Of a stretch of DNA of 64,000 nt, positions 1 to 13,715 are shown one piece after another. The translations under genes were made by a program, and so were the position numbers. Below the pieces are notes generated by a model. That model saw nothing but the letters and a program-made list of their open reading frames with translations. It was not told the DNA's origin and made no database searches. This DNA is from Paecilomyces variotii. Its lineage: Eukaryota. Location: assembly GCA_004022145.1 (NCBI GenBank), contig RCNU01000001.1. One strand, given 5' to 3'. Position 1 is the stretch's first letter, and the number at the start of each line of letters is the position of its first letter.

Positions 1-867
1 CTCCTTCTGCGGACGTTCTCGTATCAGCATTCGAGAACGTCACTGCATTCGTTTTCTCGCTTTCCCTCTGCGCCATTCTCGCGATGTTTCTCCAACACCT
101 CACGACGGGCTGCAACGTCCATCCCTTCGGCCCCAAAGCCTGCCACACGCCCTAATATTGCAGCGTCTACAGAAGAAACTCTGAAATTTGCTGGAAGACG
201 ACCGGCTGGGTTCGGAAAGCTGGAGAGAAAGGTCGCAAAAGAGGGTCAAGTTGTACTCTACAAGGCGCCGTCGCAACGGACATATATTCTGGGAGCGTAT
301 GGAATGGCGGCTTTCTGCTTCGCTTATGCTGTGTATAACTCGAATATCACGTTTCGAGATCCCAAGGTTCCATTGCCCGTATGGCAGAAGTCGCTCTTTG
401 GTGGTGTATGCATTATCATGAGCATCATGGGAACGGTCTTCCTTTTCAAGACGAACCGACTGGTCAAGACGATCACCGCCGTTAACTCAAACGGAAAGAC
501 TATGGTTCGGTTTACCGTCCGCAACTTCATCCCTTTCCGGAAACCCGTCGAGTTCGACGCAGTGCCTCGCCAGATTGTGTTTTCACGTCGAGTGGTGGTC
601 AGTCCTGAGTCCATTGGCCCCGATGCGGCGGACAGATCAGCACGGAATGAGGCTGTCTCGAAAGTGAGCTTCTTCAGAGCTCCATTCAAGAAGATCAGCT
701 TCGTCCTCTGGAGGGCATTTTGCTCTGTACGACGGCTTTTCACGCAGGAGGGGTTCGTTCTTATTGAAGTAGAGGGCCGAAAAGGTGACTTGAGAATGGA
801 TCTAGAGGGCTTTATCTCTAATGACCTGTTCCTGGTGGGAAATCCTGTCCATGTGAAGTTTTCATAA
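1..867 (+). CDS. Putative mitochondrial membrane protein, 5' end outside the window
   Basis: Frame is open from base 1 (LLLRTFSYQHSRTSLHSFSRF...), a Ser/Arg-rich presequence-like stretch, followed by two hydrophobic segments; stop at 867. Confidence 0.6.
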   Translation, partial: LLLRTFSYQHSRTSLHSFSRFPSAPFSRCFSNTSRRAATSIPSAPKPATRPNIAASTEETLKFAGRRPAGFGKLERKVAKEGQVVLYKAPSQRTYILGAYGMAAFCFAYAVYNSNITFRDPKVPLPVWQKSLFGGVCIIMSIMGTVFLFKTNRLVKTITAVNSNGKTMVRFTVRNFIPFRKPVEFDAVPRQIVFSRRVVVSPESIGPDAADRSARNEAVSKVSFFRAPFKKISFVLWRAFCSVRRLFTQEGFVLIEVEGRKGDLRMDLEGFISNDLFLVGNPVHVKFS

Positions 868-1525
868 TCTGGTTCGCTGGGCGTACCCCTCGGGGTTAAG
901 CATCATGGCATTGAACAGTCTTGTTTGTTTACTCTTACTCCCGCTGTTTAAATACTATTCTTTCTTCTCTGGCTCTTGTTTTCCTTCTCTTCGTAATTGC
1001 CGTTGTAGATGCGCGCCCTTTTCCCCAGGACTTTCCGCTCTCTCCGCTAAGCAGGACTATTCGTTGTGAGGTCACCGGTGCTATCTGAGTTCTTGTCAGG
1101 TGGTTCTGCTCTCGTGATATGTTGTGATCTCTCATCATATGTTAACGGTTGATCTGCTTTTGTCGAATATATTTGACTGGATGGTGAAGTCTAAATACAA
1201 AGTTAGATCCTTCACGATTCGATATACTAGGACATGACCTGGCGGTATTAAATTGTTAACTGGTAGATGTAGTTGCTGCAGTCAAGATATTGAGATGACT
1301 CATCAGATCGCGGATCTGATTATCTAAGCTGGATCACGGCCGCAGCGCGTACTTTCTTTCGAGACGCGCGATCCCCTCCTCCACAGCACGTTCATCGGGT
1401 CGACTTTAAAGTCGGGTTGGGGTTTTCCGTTCAATCCGCCACAATCCAACGCGCTCGTCGCGAATACAAGATACTCATTTATTTATCTGGCCCGTTTCCC
1501 TCATCCCAGGAGGAAGTCGCGCAAC

Positions 1526-4500
1526 ATGGGGAAGCTCATCCGCTTAGAGCTCTATAGTACGATACGATGCTTATCCACGCCTAAGCTAAGATACAGTCGC
1601 TGACCGCGCGCAGATTTCAAGTCTTACAAGGGCCATCATACTCTTCTTTTCGGAGATGCTTACTTTACTTCCATCATCGGGCCTAATGGCTCTGGCAAAT
1701 CAAACTCGTATGTTTGGGCTGCACGTGGATTTTATCTAGTGATATGAGCTGACGTATCGCAGGATGGACGCGATCTCCTTTGTTTTAGGTATCAAGTCAT
1801 CCCATCTACGGTCGACAAATCTACGCGATCTCGTGTATCGTGGTCGTGTTCTGCGAACTTCCAAGATCAACGGCGATGGCTCAGCTACAGTAGACGGCGA
1901 GGAAAACCAAGCCCAGGGATCGGATGCTGAAGATGGAGATGGACAGGAAGCGGGAGATCGCAACGACCCCAAGACCGCATGGGTCATGGCAGTGTATGAA
2001 GACGACGCGGGCGAGGAGCAGCAATGGCGACGATCGATCACGAGTTCCGGTGTGAGCGAGTACCGCATCAATAACAAGGTCGTGACTGCGCAGCAATACA
2101 ACGAGGCCCTGGAGGCGGAGAATATCCTGATTAAAGCGCGCAACTTCCTTGTCTTCCAGGGAGATGTTGAAGCGATTGCGTCCCAGTCGCCCAAAGATCT
2201 TACCCGGCTCATTGAACAGATATCTGGCAGCCTCGAATATAAAGCAGAATATGAGCGCTTGAAAGCGGAGCAGGAAGAGGCCGCGGAGCAGCAGACATTT
2301 CAGCTGAACCGTCGACGAGGTATCAACTCCGAGATCAAGCAATACCAAGAACAGAAGAGAGAGGCGGATAACTATGCTAGGAAGGCTGAGGAACGGGACC
2401 AGGCTATCATCACGCACATCCTGTGGAAGTTGTTCCATTTCCAACGCCTCATTGACGAATCTAGCGCCGAAATCCAACGCCACCAGGACGAGCTGAAGGA
2501 ATATCGCCGTGGCGTTGAGAAGTATGAGAAGAACCTCGAAGGGGCCAAGAAGGAACATGCGCGGGTTGGCAGGGACGTTGTTAAAATCGAGAAAGACATC
2601 GCGAAGAAGGAGAAAGACATCGAGGATATGACAAACTCTCTAGTGCCCGTAAACGAGAAGATCGAGATCACGTCAAGGAACCTGGAGAGATATACTTCCC
2701 GCATCTCCGATATTGCGAAGGAGCGCGACTCCCAGGCTAGCAACGTGAAACACCTAGAGAAAGACCTGAAAATTGTCGAGAAAGCGCAGGCACAGTGGGA
2801 GGCTGAGTGGCAGAAGAGTATGAGCAAGGAAGCTGGCCAGCTCAGCGAGGCAGATCTCCAGGAATACAGCAAGTTGAAGGAAGAGGTCAACAAGCAGTCT
2901 TCTGCTGAGCAGCTCAAACTCGACAATCTACGCCGTCAGAAGAAAACGGAGGCGGAGACTGTCAACAGTCTGAAAAGCAAGTTCGAAAATACAGAATGGC
3001 AGCTTAAGAGTTTGGAGTCCGATATGCAGACCCTAGTCGAGCGCAAGTCGGCTATTGCGGAGACCATCAAAGCCACATCCAAGGACATTGACCAGAAAAA
3101 GAAGGATCTGAATGCGCTTACTTCGGAACGGCTTCGTGTGTCCCAAATGAGGACTGAGCTAGAGGAGAAACTCCAGGTCGTCCTGAAGAAGCTACTCGAA
3201 GCGGACGATGGCAAAAAGCAGAGCGAGAAAGAGCTACGAGCCAAAGAGCTGATCTCCACTCTGAGACGCATCTTTCCTGGAGTCAAGGGTCGTGTCAGCG
3301 ATCTGTGCAAGCCAAAACAGAAGAAGTATGCTGAAGCCGTCAGCACTGTTCTTGGACGCCACTTTGATGCTATTGTCGTCGATAACGAGAAGACAGCTAA
3401 GGAGTGCATCCAGCACCTTCGTGACCAGAGGGCCGGACAGGCCACCTTCATTCCATTGGAGACCATCCAGGTCAAAGCATTCAACTCCAACTTGAAGGGA
3501 ATGCATCGTGGAATGCGTCCTGCAATCGAGACGGTTGACTACGACAACTCCGTCTCGAGAGCCATCAGCTACGCCTGTGGAAATGCTATCGTCTGTGACG
3601 ATCTCGCGACCGCAAAGTACCTATGCTATGATAAGGGTCTGGATGCCAAAGCTGTTACCCTCGATGGGACAGTTATCCACAAGGGTGGTCTGATGACTGG
3701 TGGTCGTGGCCCTGGTCAGCAAAACTCCAAGCGCTGGGAAGATGCCGAAGTTGAAGGCCTCTTCAAGTTGAAAGACAAGCTGCTCGCTGATCTGGCAAGT
3801 CTTCCTAAGGGCCACCGCAAGGGCACGGAAGAAGAGTCTCTCCAAGGTGACCTTGTTGGACTAGAGCAGCGTATTTCCTACGCCCAGGAGGAGCTCAAGG
3901 CCCTCGAAAGGAACCTTGAGAGCAAGCGTAGCGAAGTTGACTTTGCCAAGCGTCAGCTCGCTGAAGTGAAGCCGAAATTCCTCCAGAAGCAGCAAGCCCT
4001 TGAAGAGCTTGACGAAACCATCCGGGAATCTCAAGAGCTTGTCAGCAGAGTTGAAGATGAGGTGTATGGTAATTTCTGCCGACGCCTCGGATACGACAAC
4101 ATCAGAGAATATGAAGCTCAGCAAGGATCTTTACAGGAAGAAGCTGCCCAAAAGAAGCTGGAGTTTACCACTCAAAAGAGCAGGATAGAGAACCAGCTAA
4201 GCTTCGAGAAGCAACGTCTCCAAGCTACTGACGACCGAGTCAATGCGGTGAAAGCTAAATACGAGCGTGATATGGCTCTGATTGAGGAGCTGAAGGAGGA
4301 GCAAGACAAGATTCGCAATCAAATTGACGTCTTCAGCGCAGAGATTGACCTCCTCCGCGAACGTCTTGAAGAGCAAAAGGAGTTGTACGCTCAAAGTGCA
4401 GAGGTTCTGGCACAACAACGGCGAGAGCTTCAGAAGCGTAGTAAAAATGTGGAAACAACACTGAGAGCAGTTGGGGCTTTAGAGGGCGAAATCCAGCGCA

Positions 4501-5591
4501 ACTCTGCGAGCCGATATGCCTTACTTCGCCGCTGTAAGCTGGAGGACATCGACATTCCGCTGACGGAAAGCTCTGCTCCTTTGGATCAGCTTCCTATCGA
4601 CGATTTAGTCCAAAATGCCGATCCAGACGCAATGGACGTCGATGAAGACGGTAATGGCGCTGGAGGCCAAGGTCCCACAGTCCAAGACTATGGTATTGAG
4701 GTCGACTTCGACTCTCTAGGTGAAACCTTAAAAGAGGTATGTCTTACGTGAATGCATCTCGAATTCCCGGCCCTAACATTTGAATAGGAGGCGGACGAAA
4801 AGCTCGAGGAAGAACTGCAAGAGAGGATAAGGTCCCTCAACGCTGAACTCGACAAGATGGCACCCAACACCCGTGCCGTGGAGCGCCTCGAGAGTGTTGA
4901 AAACAAGCTACGCAGCACTGAAAAAGATTTTGAAGATGCGAGGAAGCGTGCCAGAAAGGCCAAGGAAGACTTCGAGGCTGTAATGCGCAAGCGCTCGGAG
5001 CTGTTCAACAAGGCTTTCTCTCACATCTCAGAGCAGATTGGACCAATCTATCGCGAGCTGACGCGGAGTGCGAATTACCCGTTGGGAGGCCAAGCGTGCG
5101 TACCCTGACAAGAAATCTATGAGACATGTTATACTGACCTTGTGGACAGATACCTCGACATTGAGGACTCTGACGAGCCGTACCTTGATGGCATCAAATA
5201 TCATGCCATGCCCCCTCTCAAACGTTTCCGGGATATGGAGCATCTCTCTGGTGGAGAGAAGACCATGGCGGCCCTAGCTCTGCTTTTTGCCGTGCACTCC
5301 TACCAGCCTTCGCCATTCTTCGTCTTGGACGAAGTCGACGCGGCTCTCGACAACACCAACGTTTCCAGAATTGCGAATTACATCCGCGACCATGCTGCAC
5401 CGGGTATGCAGTTTATCGTGATTAGTTTGAAGACGGGTCTGTTCCAGAACAGTGAAGCGCTTGTGGGTATTTACAGAGATCAGAGCGAGAACAGCAGCAA
5501 CGGCTTGACTCTTGACGTGAGTTCCCCATTATCTGTCGCGTCTTTAACGTATCATGACTAATGATTCTTCCAGCTACGAAAATATCATTGA
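1526..5591 (+). CDS. smc1: Cohesin ATPase subunit SMC1 (multi-exon)
   Basis: Spliced N-terminus MGKLIRLELYNFKSYKG...IIGPNGSGKSN (Walker A), long coiled coils, hinge region, LSGGEKT signature and FFVLDEVDAALD (Walker B). GT-AG introns at about 1557-1613, 1708-1762, 4737-4787, 5096-5149 and 5517-5573. Confidence 0.97.
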
Positions 5592-6187
5592 AATCGATGG
5601 CCTTCACTTGAAGTATCTGTTATTCCTTTTTATCTCTCCTCTGTATATTAAAGTCTTCTTGCGCTTTGCTGTTGAGATGTCTGGTCTCTGGCTCTGGGAA
5701 AGGTGTTTCAGCGGAGGGAGAGTGTTTTGCTAGTTACGCTCGCTAGCTACGCTTCATGATAGCTAGGACAGCTGTATGTGTGGATTTGCAACGAATTCAA
5801 ATTTACCTATCTACCTGGTTTCACGCCGGCTTTGCTTTCATATTTCCAGACTCCCCATGGACTTCCGTAGTATTTAATCTCTTGGCAACGACCCGACGCA
5901 ATCCGCCGGAGTGCAACAACAAAACTCGACATGGACCCTGGATCTTTCGAGCGAGCTCGCATGATCATCGAGACGCGTCTTGCAGCTGACGACTCGACTA
6001 ACTTTGTCCTGCCCGGTTACTTACGCGAAGACATCGGCACGTGGGCAAACCACTCGAGGAAAAGCCCTTGCTGACTGCGAGCGAGGGTAGCAATGACTTC
6101 GCGGATCTGCGCTCATAATTACTGTTCGCAGAGGGTCACTATGCATCGTCAGAATAAATAATGCATGTTCGATTTCATCTTGAAATC

Positions 6188-6195
6188 TATATAAA
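6188..6195 (+). promoter_or_regulatory. Probable TATA box of the SurE-family gene
   Basis: TATATAAA about 70 bp upstream of the ATG at 6264. Confidence 0.45.
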
Positions 6196-6263
6196 CCAGC
6201 TAGATGCTCCCTAGATCTAGATCAGCATACAGCAGGGGATCCTTCGCTATAGAAACGCTACGC

Positions 6264-7306
6264 ATGATGCACGTTCTGCCCTCGGTTCTTCTTTCCCTGT
6301 TGGCTTTGAGGGCCCAGGCCGCAAACATCGTCTCTACCAACGATGATGGATGGGCGGAAATCAACATCAGGACTCTCTACAATGCTCTCACGAAGGCAGG
6401 ACACTCTGTTGTACTTTCTGCCCCAGCAGAGAACGAATCTGGCACTGGTATGAAGGTCACCTTGATAGTTCATCTGCTGAAATAGAAATAGAAATAATCG
6501 TCTGACTCGTGAATATCAGGTTCCGCGGAGGCGACTCCCTCAACTGTGACTAACGGCTGTGAGTTCAGCAGCTGTCCAGCCGGTAGCCCTGCAACTGGCT
6601 CGAACAGCTCGGACACCAGACTCAACTATGTAAACTCTTATCCGGTTACGAGCGTGAAGTATGGAGTGCAGAAATTTGCGCCCAACTTTTTCAGTGGTAA
6701 CCCGGACATTGTTGTCTCGGGACCTAACGTTGGAGGTATGCGCCATGTCGCAACTCTTCTAGTTGTGCTTTGGGATCAAATAAAGTCGAATACTCACCTC
6801 TTACTCTAGCGAACCTCGGGTCTACCGTTCAGATTTCTGGAACGGTCGGCGCTGCTTCTGCTGCCTCTAACCAACTGGGCATTCCTGCAATTGCTTTCTC
6901 CGGTACCACTGGCTCTCAGACTGCCTGGGACGTCGCAACCCCCGATTACAGCACTCTCTACGCCGATCTGTCGGTAAACTTGACCAACACCCTACTAGCT
7001 TCTGGAACGCCGTATCTTCCTAACGGCACCTACCTGAATGTTAACTTCCCTTCTGCTGGCAGCGGTACGAGCTGCACTGCCGCAGCGGACTTCAAATTCG
7101 TTCTCAGCCGGATCCTGAGCACCAGTGGAACCACCGTCTCTACTTGCGGCAGTGACACGTTGCCGACTGAAACCTCTGTCGTGGACACTGATGGATGCTA
7201 TGTGTCTGTCAGCGTGGGAGATGCGAGCACTAAGAACGACGCAACTGCGGATCAGCAGTCTGTTGTCCTTCAAAAGTTGGAGAGCATCTTGAGCTGCCTG
7301 CCGTGA
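6264..7306 (+). CDS. Secreted SurE-family 5'/3'-nucleotidase / acid phosphatase
   Basis: Signal peptide, then NIVSTNDDG, SAPAENESGTG, VVSGPNVG.N and SGTVGAA SurE motifs; two introns. Confidence 0.88.
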
Positions 7307-7998
7307 CATGAAGAAAGAAATGGCGCCTACGGTAGGCGAAGTTCGGCCTCTTGGGGAGGTAACTGGGGACTATTAGACGAGATTATAAATGTACTTATTG
7401 GCTATTGCACATATAGTTTGGCTCAATGATCCAATGGTAGATACGCATAGTTAGTTGTTTAGAACAATGACAGTATCAAACACAATCTACTTAAAATACT
7501 CCGTAGAAGTACAATCTCGTAGAGTCACCGGCAACGCCGCCATTGCGGCATGAGCCGCCTTAGTCGGGTTCCTGGTGGATCATTTGGATTTAGTAGACAG
7601 ATAGATCATTTGGCATTCTTATCTATTGTCTTCTGAGGTCATGGTTTCTGAACAACCCTCATGTCACTGCCATTTCTAACCAGGCTTCAGATCAACAATG
7701 TCCCCAAGACACGATGCGGAGAACATTCTACGACTGTTCTACCGATACGATAGTTGCAGGAAAGCCACTGCTTTGGCCGAGAGTCCAAGTGGAGATACTT
7801 AACACAGGCCCGTGCATTGGGATTTGCCGAGTCCCGACAAACCTGTAAATCCATAGGATCTTTCGAGTTCTGACATCTGACAACTTAACGACGATGACGA
7901 CGAGAAACAACATCAGGGTCCTGCAAGTGGCTCGTAGACTCCGTCAGCATGCCGTTCGTGAAGAGATTGTCTGTCACAAAACTCAATCGCGTTCAGAC

Positions 7999-8027
7999 GA
8001 ATGAATGAATGAATGAATAATGAATGA
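7999..8027. repeat. (GAAT)n microsatellite
   Basis: gaatgaatgaatgaatgaataatgaatga. Confidence 0.7.
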
Positions 8028-8201
8028 TCTAGGACATCAACGCCTTTTGCACTAAGGATTTATGGTCCACGACGCCAAGCCCCACCAAGAGACAACGATC
8101 GTTTGATATTTTGAGGCCAACTACGCGGCTCCAGCAAAGGCAAATAGTTCCTATGAAAACCGGGGATATGACATTTACATTCGATTATTCTGTGTCTCGC
8201 T

Positions 8202-10066
8202 ATGCTGGGTCATCTTGCCCTTAGTATCGTTATCTTTTGCCTGGCTGATTTGATATCTCCCGTCCTGGCTGACGTGGAAGCCTATTACCAATCCGATAAC
8301 TACGAGAACGGAGAATTTGGAGAATGGCCGCAACAGACGTACCACTCGTCGCATATTATCGGCCCCGTGGTAGATTTTCTGCAGCGCAGCAATCGATGCG
8401 ATGATGGCCAGTATACTATGCTCTCCCTCCGGGGTGGTCAGGTTCCATCTCCGGGACCCATGATTCTCGATGCCAAAGGAAATCTCGTCTGGAGGGCCGA
8501 AGACTATGTTCAACCTTATGGGTTGAGTAAATACACGTACAAGGGAGAGGATTACCTAACGTTTTGGGCCGGCAATGATGCAATAGGACATGGCGAGGGG
8601 ATGTATTATATGGTAAGATTCACTTGAAGACATTGAATTTGTTCGTAACTGGGTCTGATGCATCGAAGCTGGACTCCTCGTATGAGGAAGCGTTCACGAT
8701 CGGTGCAGCGAATGGACTACGCGGCGATCTCCATGAATTTCACATTACACATGATGAAACGGCCCTTGTGACCATCTACGAAGTCGTCCAGGCAAATCTC
8801 ACATCGATGTACGGACCTGTAAAAGGATGGATTTGGGATGGCGTATTCCAGGAACTTAATATCGAGACAGGCGAAGCGCTCTTCCAGTGGCGCGCCTCCG
8901 AGCATTTCGATTTCACCGAAGGATATGTCGCCCGGGTAGGCTCTGGAAGCAAGGATCGACCCTGGGACTTCTTCCATATCAACAGTGTCGACAAAGACTC
9001 CAAGGGAAACTACTTGATATCGTCGCGATATATGAGCTGTATAGCGTACATCGATGGGAAGACGGGAGATGTCATCTGGAAGCTAGGAGGGAAGAAAAAC
9101 ATGTTCAAGGACCTTTCTGGAGGTGCTGCAACGAACATTCGCTGGCAGCACCATGCGCGCTTTGCTGATAACGGAACGGCTATCACATTATTTGACAACG
9201 CCTCCCGTGGTCCGGCGGACCCTGAACATATCAGTCGCGGACTCTATTTGGACGTCGACCAGGAAAAGATGACAGTCAACGTCCGACACGAGTACTGGAA
9301 TCCGCACAATCTCAGCAGTCAGTCTCAGGGCTCCTTACAACTGCTCGATTCGGGCAATATTCTCATCGGCTACGGGTCGAATCCTGCTTGGACTGAATTC
9401 TCCGTGGACGGGGAGGTGCTGTGCGACGTTCACTTTGGTCCTCAGCTCGGTTTCGGCACTTCGGAAGTCACGTCATATCGAGTCCTCAAGCATTCATGGG
9501 TTGGATTTCCAAAGACCGATCCGGACATTACTCTCCAGGGCAATACTACCTACGTGAGCTGGAACGGGGCAACAGAAGTTGTGACTTGGGTTCTCGAAGG
9601 TGCAGATTCGAAGGCTGCTGACGAAGACGAGTACCTGACTATCGACTCCCGGCCCAAGGAAGGATTCGAGACTGAAATACCCATTCCGCCTGACAATGTG
9701 CATCGGTTCATCCGCATTTCCGCTCTGGATGCCAAGGGAATTGCCTTAGGTTCGACTTTATCAGTGGAATGGGACCCATCGCAGAATATCACCACTAACG
9801 GTTTGGACATACAAGTCACCAACACCAAATGGCTTGTGTTCTTTTCAACGGCGTTTTCTACTACGATCTTCTTGGTCATTGCATGGTGGGCATCAATGCG
9901 GTTGTTAGATCGCTTCCAACGTGCAAAGAAGCAGAAAAAGAAGGTTTCGCGCGGGGGCATTGAAGACTTCATCGCTAACGAGGAGTTTATCGACGAGGTG
10001 GAATTTTCACTCCTGCAAAATGCGGATTTTCACTACAATATAGACACTCTCAACGAGCCACAGTGA
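8202..10066 (+). CDS. Arylsulfotransferase (ASST-domain) protein, secreted with a C-terminal membrane anchor
   Basis: Signal peptide; DLHEF, WDFFHINSVDKD, WQHHARF and SQSQGSLQ motifs; C-terminal hydrophobic helix; one intron starting near 8612. Confidence 0.85.
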
Positions 10067-10469
10067 TCTCACACATCTTTATTTGTTTCTCCTGTTGATA
10101 ATTGTCGCTTTTGTTGGCGCAGATAAGGTATCGAAATTGTTAACATATAGCATGAGCGAATTTGCATTGCATGGCGTTTCTTTTTTGGCATTGGAGACTG
10201 CCATAGTTCCGCTTGTGTTAATAACATTAATCGATAGAACAGTATAGACATCAAACTAGTGATAATGATAACTGATCAGTTATATATCCGCTCCATTTTT
10301 TATATACATATGTTGTATGTACCGGATAATCGAGCTGTATTACGGCAGTTCTAAGAATTTGAGTTCACTTTTTCATTGGATGATGTAGTTAGTGGTCTGT
10401 TAAACAACAGATAATGTTGAGCAGTTAAGTATTATTATTATCTTTCAGCGGCTTTTGTTTCAACCTTTA

Positions 10470-10994
10470 CTACGGCATAGTAATCCTCTTAATAAGAAAC
10501 TCGAACTTATCATCGAGAGCCTTCGCTGCCTTCTTCAGCTCTTCATTCCCTTTATTAACACTCGCAATCAAACTACTCGGCAAGATATAAATCACCTCCG
10601 TACTCTTCTTATCCTCCGTCTCCAACAGGAGTAATTCAACAGGAACATAAAGACCCGCGCCCAACTCATGTTTCAGCATCGTTTTCGCAACCAGCGGATT
10701 CCCCAACAGCACTCTTCTGCATCTCCGCCCGTTACCGATGTCGAAGAGCTTCAGCCACTTATTGTGCTCCATACTGTAAAACTGAACGAAGCCGGAAGGA
10801 CCGGCATTTATTTGAAAGTAGCGCTCAAAATCCGCCTTGGATGTGGATTCTAGGATGTGGTCGAGAGAGGACTTTGTTGCGGGCCAGTTTCGTTGCACTT
10901 CGACATTTAGTCGGTCGAGGACAGCGTCATATGGAGTGGTTGTTTTGACGGTGACGCGTATGCTGGTGATGATATCAACTTGCGTATCTGACAT
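10470..10994 (-). CDS. DUF302 / TT1751-like protein
   Basis: Single-exon 174 aa ORF with GNPLVAKTMLKHELGAGLYVPVELLL...ILPS pattern typical of DUF302. Confidence 0.75.
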   Translation of the reverse strand: MSDTQVDIITSIRVTVKTTTPYDAVLDRLNVEVQRNWPATKSSLDHILESTSKADFERYFQINAGPSGFVQFYSMEHNKWLKLFDIGNGRRCRRVLLGNPLVAKTMLKHELGAGLYVPVELLLLETEDKKSTEVIYILPSSLIASVNKGNEELKKAAKALDDKFEFLIKRITMP

Positions 10995-11610
10995 TGTTGT
11001 TTGTTTGATGGTTTATACTTCCAATTGTAACGGAGGGAGTTAGGATGGGAATGGAATTTTTTATCTTGGAAGAATTAAAACTATTTCAGACTAGCACACT
11101 TGATGTCCGTTTGTTTTTCTTTGCTATCTCTATCAATTTGCTATTTGGGATCATGATGACGTTAAGGCAGTCGTGAAATTCACAACTTCGCACTTCGAAT
11201 TCGCAACCTTAAAGTTGCCTTCCGTTTTGTCCAGCATGTTCTCCTGTTCATAACTGCCTGCATCACTCCGTCGTTGGTAATCTGATGATGGACCATGATC
11301 GACCCAATTTCGGCTTATTATTGATAGAAATCAGAGTCTTTTACACGATTAATTAACATATCTATTTACTGTCATTAGCAGTAATGTATAGATAACCGGG
11401 GTAAATTCATTCAATTCTCGGTAAATTTCGATACGAGGACGATAGTAATTGCCCCGCATTGTTGAATAGAAAAGACTTCTACACTCCATTATATATTAAG
11501 CTTTTGACGACGAGGACGTTTTCGTTAGGAGAAAAGGGGATGTCTGCTACGGAATCGCCTACTGTATGATACCTCATCTATGTATTCTGCCACTAGCTGT
11601 CTGATGACAT

Positions 11611-11870
11611 ATAGCTGCCTGGGTATCTGGCTACGATCCATCCTTCTTAACTGTCGAAATCTTTGATTTGGCTTCGGAGCATGGCTTGCCCTTGCTTCTG
11701 TCTGCGCTGGACACGCTTTGCCGCACAGGGGAATACGGCCGGTTGGATGGTACCATTTTCTGTGTTGCTGCTTTGGGAGTTTTGCTCATGGCGGTTGGTG
11801 GAGAGCTGCTTCAAGCAACTACATCGAGGGTTCTTGTTGGGTTTTACTCCGCCCCGCTACTTATTGACTG
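11611..11870 (+). pseudogene. Possible highly deleted sugar-porter (MFS) relic
   Basis: One frame reads SGYDPS...GR..GTIFC...LLMAVGGELLQA..SRVLVGF.SAPLLI, the order of sugar-porter TM1-TM5 motifs with large gaps. Confidence 0.35.
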
Positions 11871-12046
11871 GTCTCGTTTTTTTCTGACCATGTCAAGATG
11901 GGCGCCCTAAAAATTGGGACTGGAGATGGAAAGTTAAAGTATAGGGAAAAAGAAAAGCACAAACATTTTCAATACATGTAACATACATAGCGAATATAAC
12001 GCTCAAAAGCCATACATAAGTGTTCACGAAGCTCATTTACGCCTAA

Positions 12047-13715
12047 TCACTTCGTCGCAACAGGCTCCTGAACGTGCTCCGTATGAATGACCTCATTCTT
12101 ATGTAGAGTACTCTCAACATCAGCGCGTCTCTGCTCTTCGTCGATAGCACCAAAGATAAGATCCATCTCTTCCAAGGTCCGGCCTTTTGTTTCTTTGAAG
12201 AATATGATCACAAAGACACCCATGGCCAGACAGAAGATGCCGAACATGAGGAACGTCCTCCAGCCAATCTTATTGACGGCATGGGGAGTTATTTCGGTGA
12301 TAACGAAGTTAAAAAGCCATTGAGTAGCTGCTCCAAGGCCGACACCATACGAGCGGAGACGGGTTGGGAAGATCTAGATACACGGAGTATGTTAGCCCGA
12401 ATTCTTGAGATATAAGACAGCAGATACTAGATCTTTGGACATACTTCGCCAAGGTAAACCCAAGGTGTCGGACCCCAGGATGCTGAATATCCAATGACAT
12501 AAAGGTAGATCATTACCACCATTGCAATTGACGCATGAGAAACATTCGTGGCGTCCACATTTGGAGGATGTGTAGCCAGGACCGCACCGATAATAAACAT
12601 CATAGCGGCCATCCAGGCAGCTCCACCAATCAGACTGGGTTTTCGTCCCCATTTATCAATACCAATCAAGAGAAAAATGCCCGTGGCCACGATCTTGACA
12701 GTCCCATAGATACCGGTAGCGAACAACGAAGAATCAGTCTTACTCAATCCCACGGTCTGGAATATCTGCGGCGCGTAATAACCGATCGAATTGGTACCTG
12801 AGAACTGCTGCCAGAACATTAGGACGAAGGCCAGGAAAAGCCTGTAGCGGTTTCCCTTGCGTAGGCACTCCCTCCAGGTGACACCCTCTGTGGCTGCGAC
12901 CTCTTCATCGATCGCTGTCTTTATTTCGGCCAGTTCCTGTCGCACTATTTCACTGTCCTCAGACTCGTTTCGGATGTAGGAAAGTGATTTGAGAGCCTCT
13001 TCGCTGCGGCCCTGCTTCATAAGCCAGCGCGGTGATTCCTTGAGGAAAAATAGCCCAACGAACATCAAGCCACCTGGAATAAGCTGAATCCCTACTGGGA
13101 TGCGCCATTGCTTGGTGCCTTCAGGGATATGGATGGAAACGCCGTAGTCTAGCCAGTAGGCAAAAGTACTACCAATAACCAGCATAAACTGGAACGCACC
13201 AGCGACTCTACCCCTAATCTGAGGCGGTGCATTCTCACTGACAAACACAGGAGTGATACTGGACATGCCTCCAATTCCCAGTCCTGCAACTACACGCCCT
13301 CCGTAGATCATGCCGATCTCATGATGAGAGCCAACCTGGACCGCTGCACCAACCAGGAAGACAGCACAGAAGATCATAAGCGAGTACCGACGGCCCACTC
13401 GATCATTGATGTAAGCAGCGAGAATGGCGCCGAAGAAGCAGCCAGCTGTCAACAATGATACGACATTGGATGATACTTGGGCATTCTTGTCGGACGCGAA
13501 ACCGTCTGACCCAGTTGGAAGGCCAAAGTCCTTTTTAAAGCTCGAAAGAGCAAGGACACTGCCCATCACACCTGTGTCATAGCCTAGAAACAGGAATCAG
13601 TATGGTTTTAATCAAGACCTACTCAGAAGCAGCATGTACCGAAAAGCAAGGAGCCCAGATAGGCTACCAAGGTCAGGATGTACACCCGGTAGTTCTTGAA
13701 CACGAAGAACGCCAT
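12047..13715 (-). CDS. MFS sugar/quinate-type transporter
   Basis: Spliced start MAFFVFKNYRVYILTLVAYLGSLLFGYDTG; DRVGRR, ESPRWL, QQFSGTNSIGYY and ETKGRTLEEM sugar-porter motifs; introns near 13584-13639 and 12376-12445. Confidence 0.92.

Noticed and set aside
1340-1470. CGCG-containing MCB-like motifs upstream of SMC1
   Set aside because: Plausible for a cell-cycle gene, but no exact ACGCGT match and too short to support.
1736-4418. Several minus-strand ORFs within SMC1
   Set aside because: Antisense artefacts of Glu/Lys/Gln-rich coiled-coil codons.
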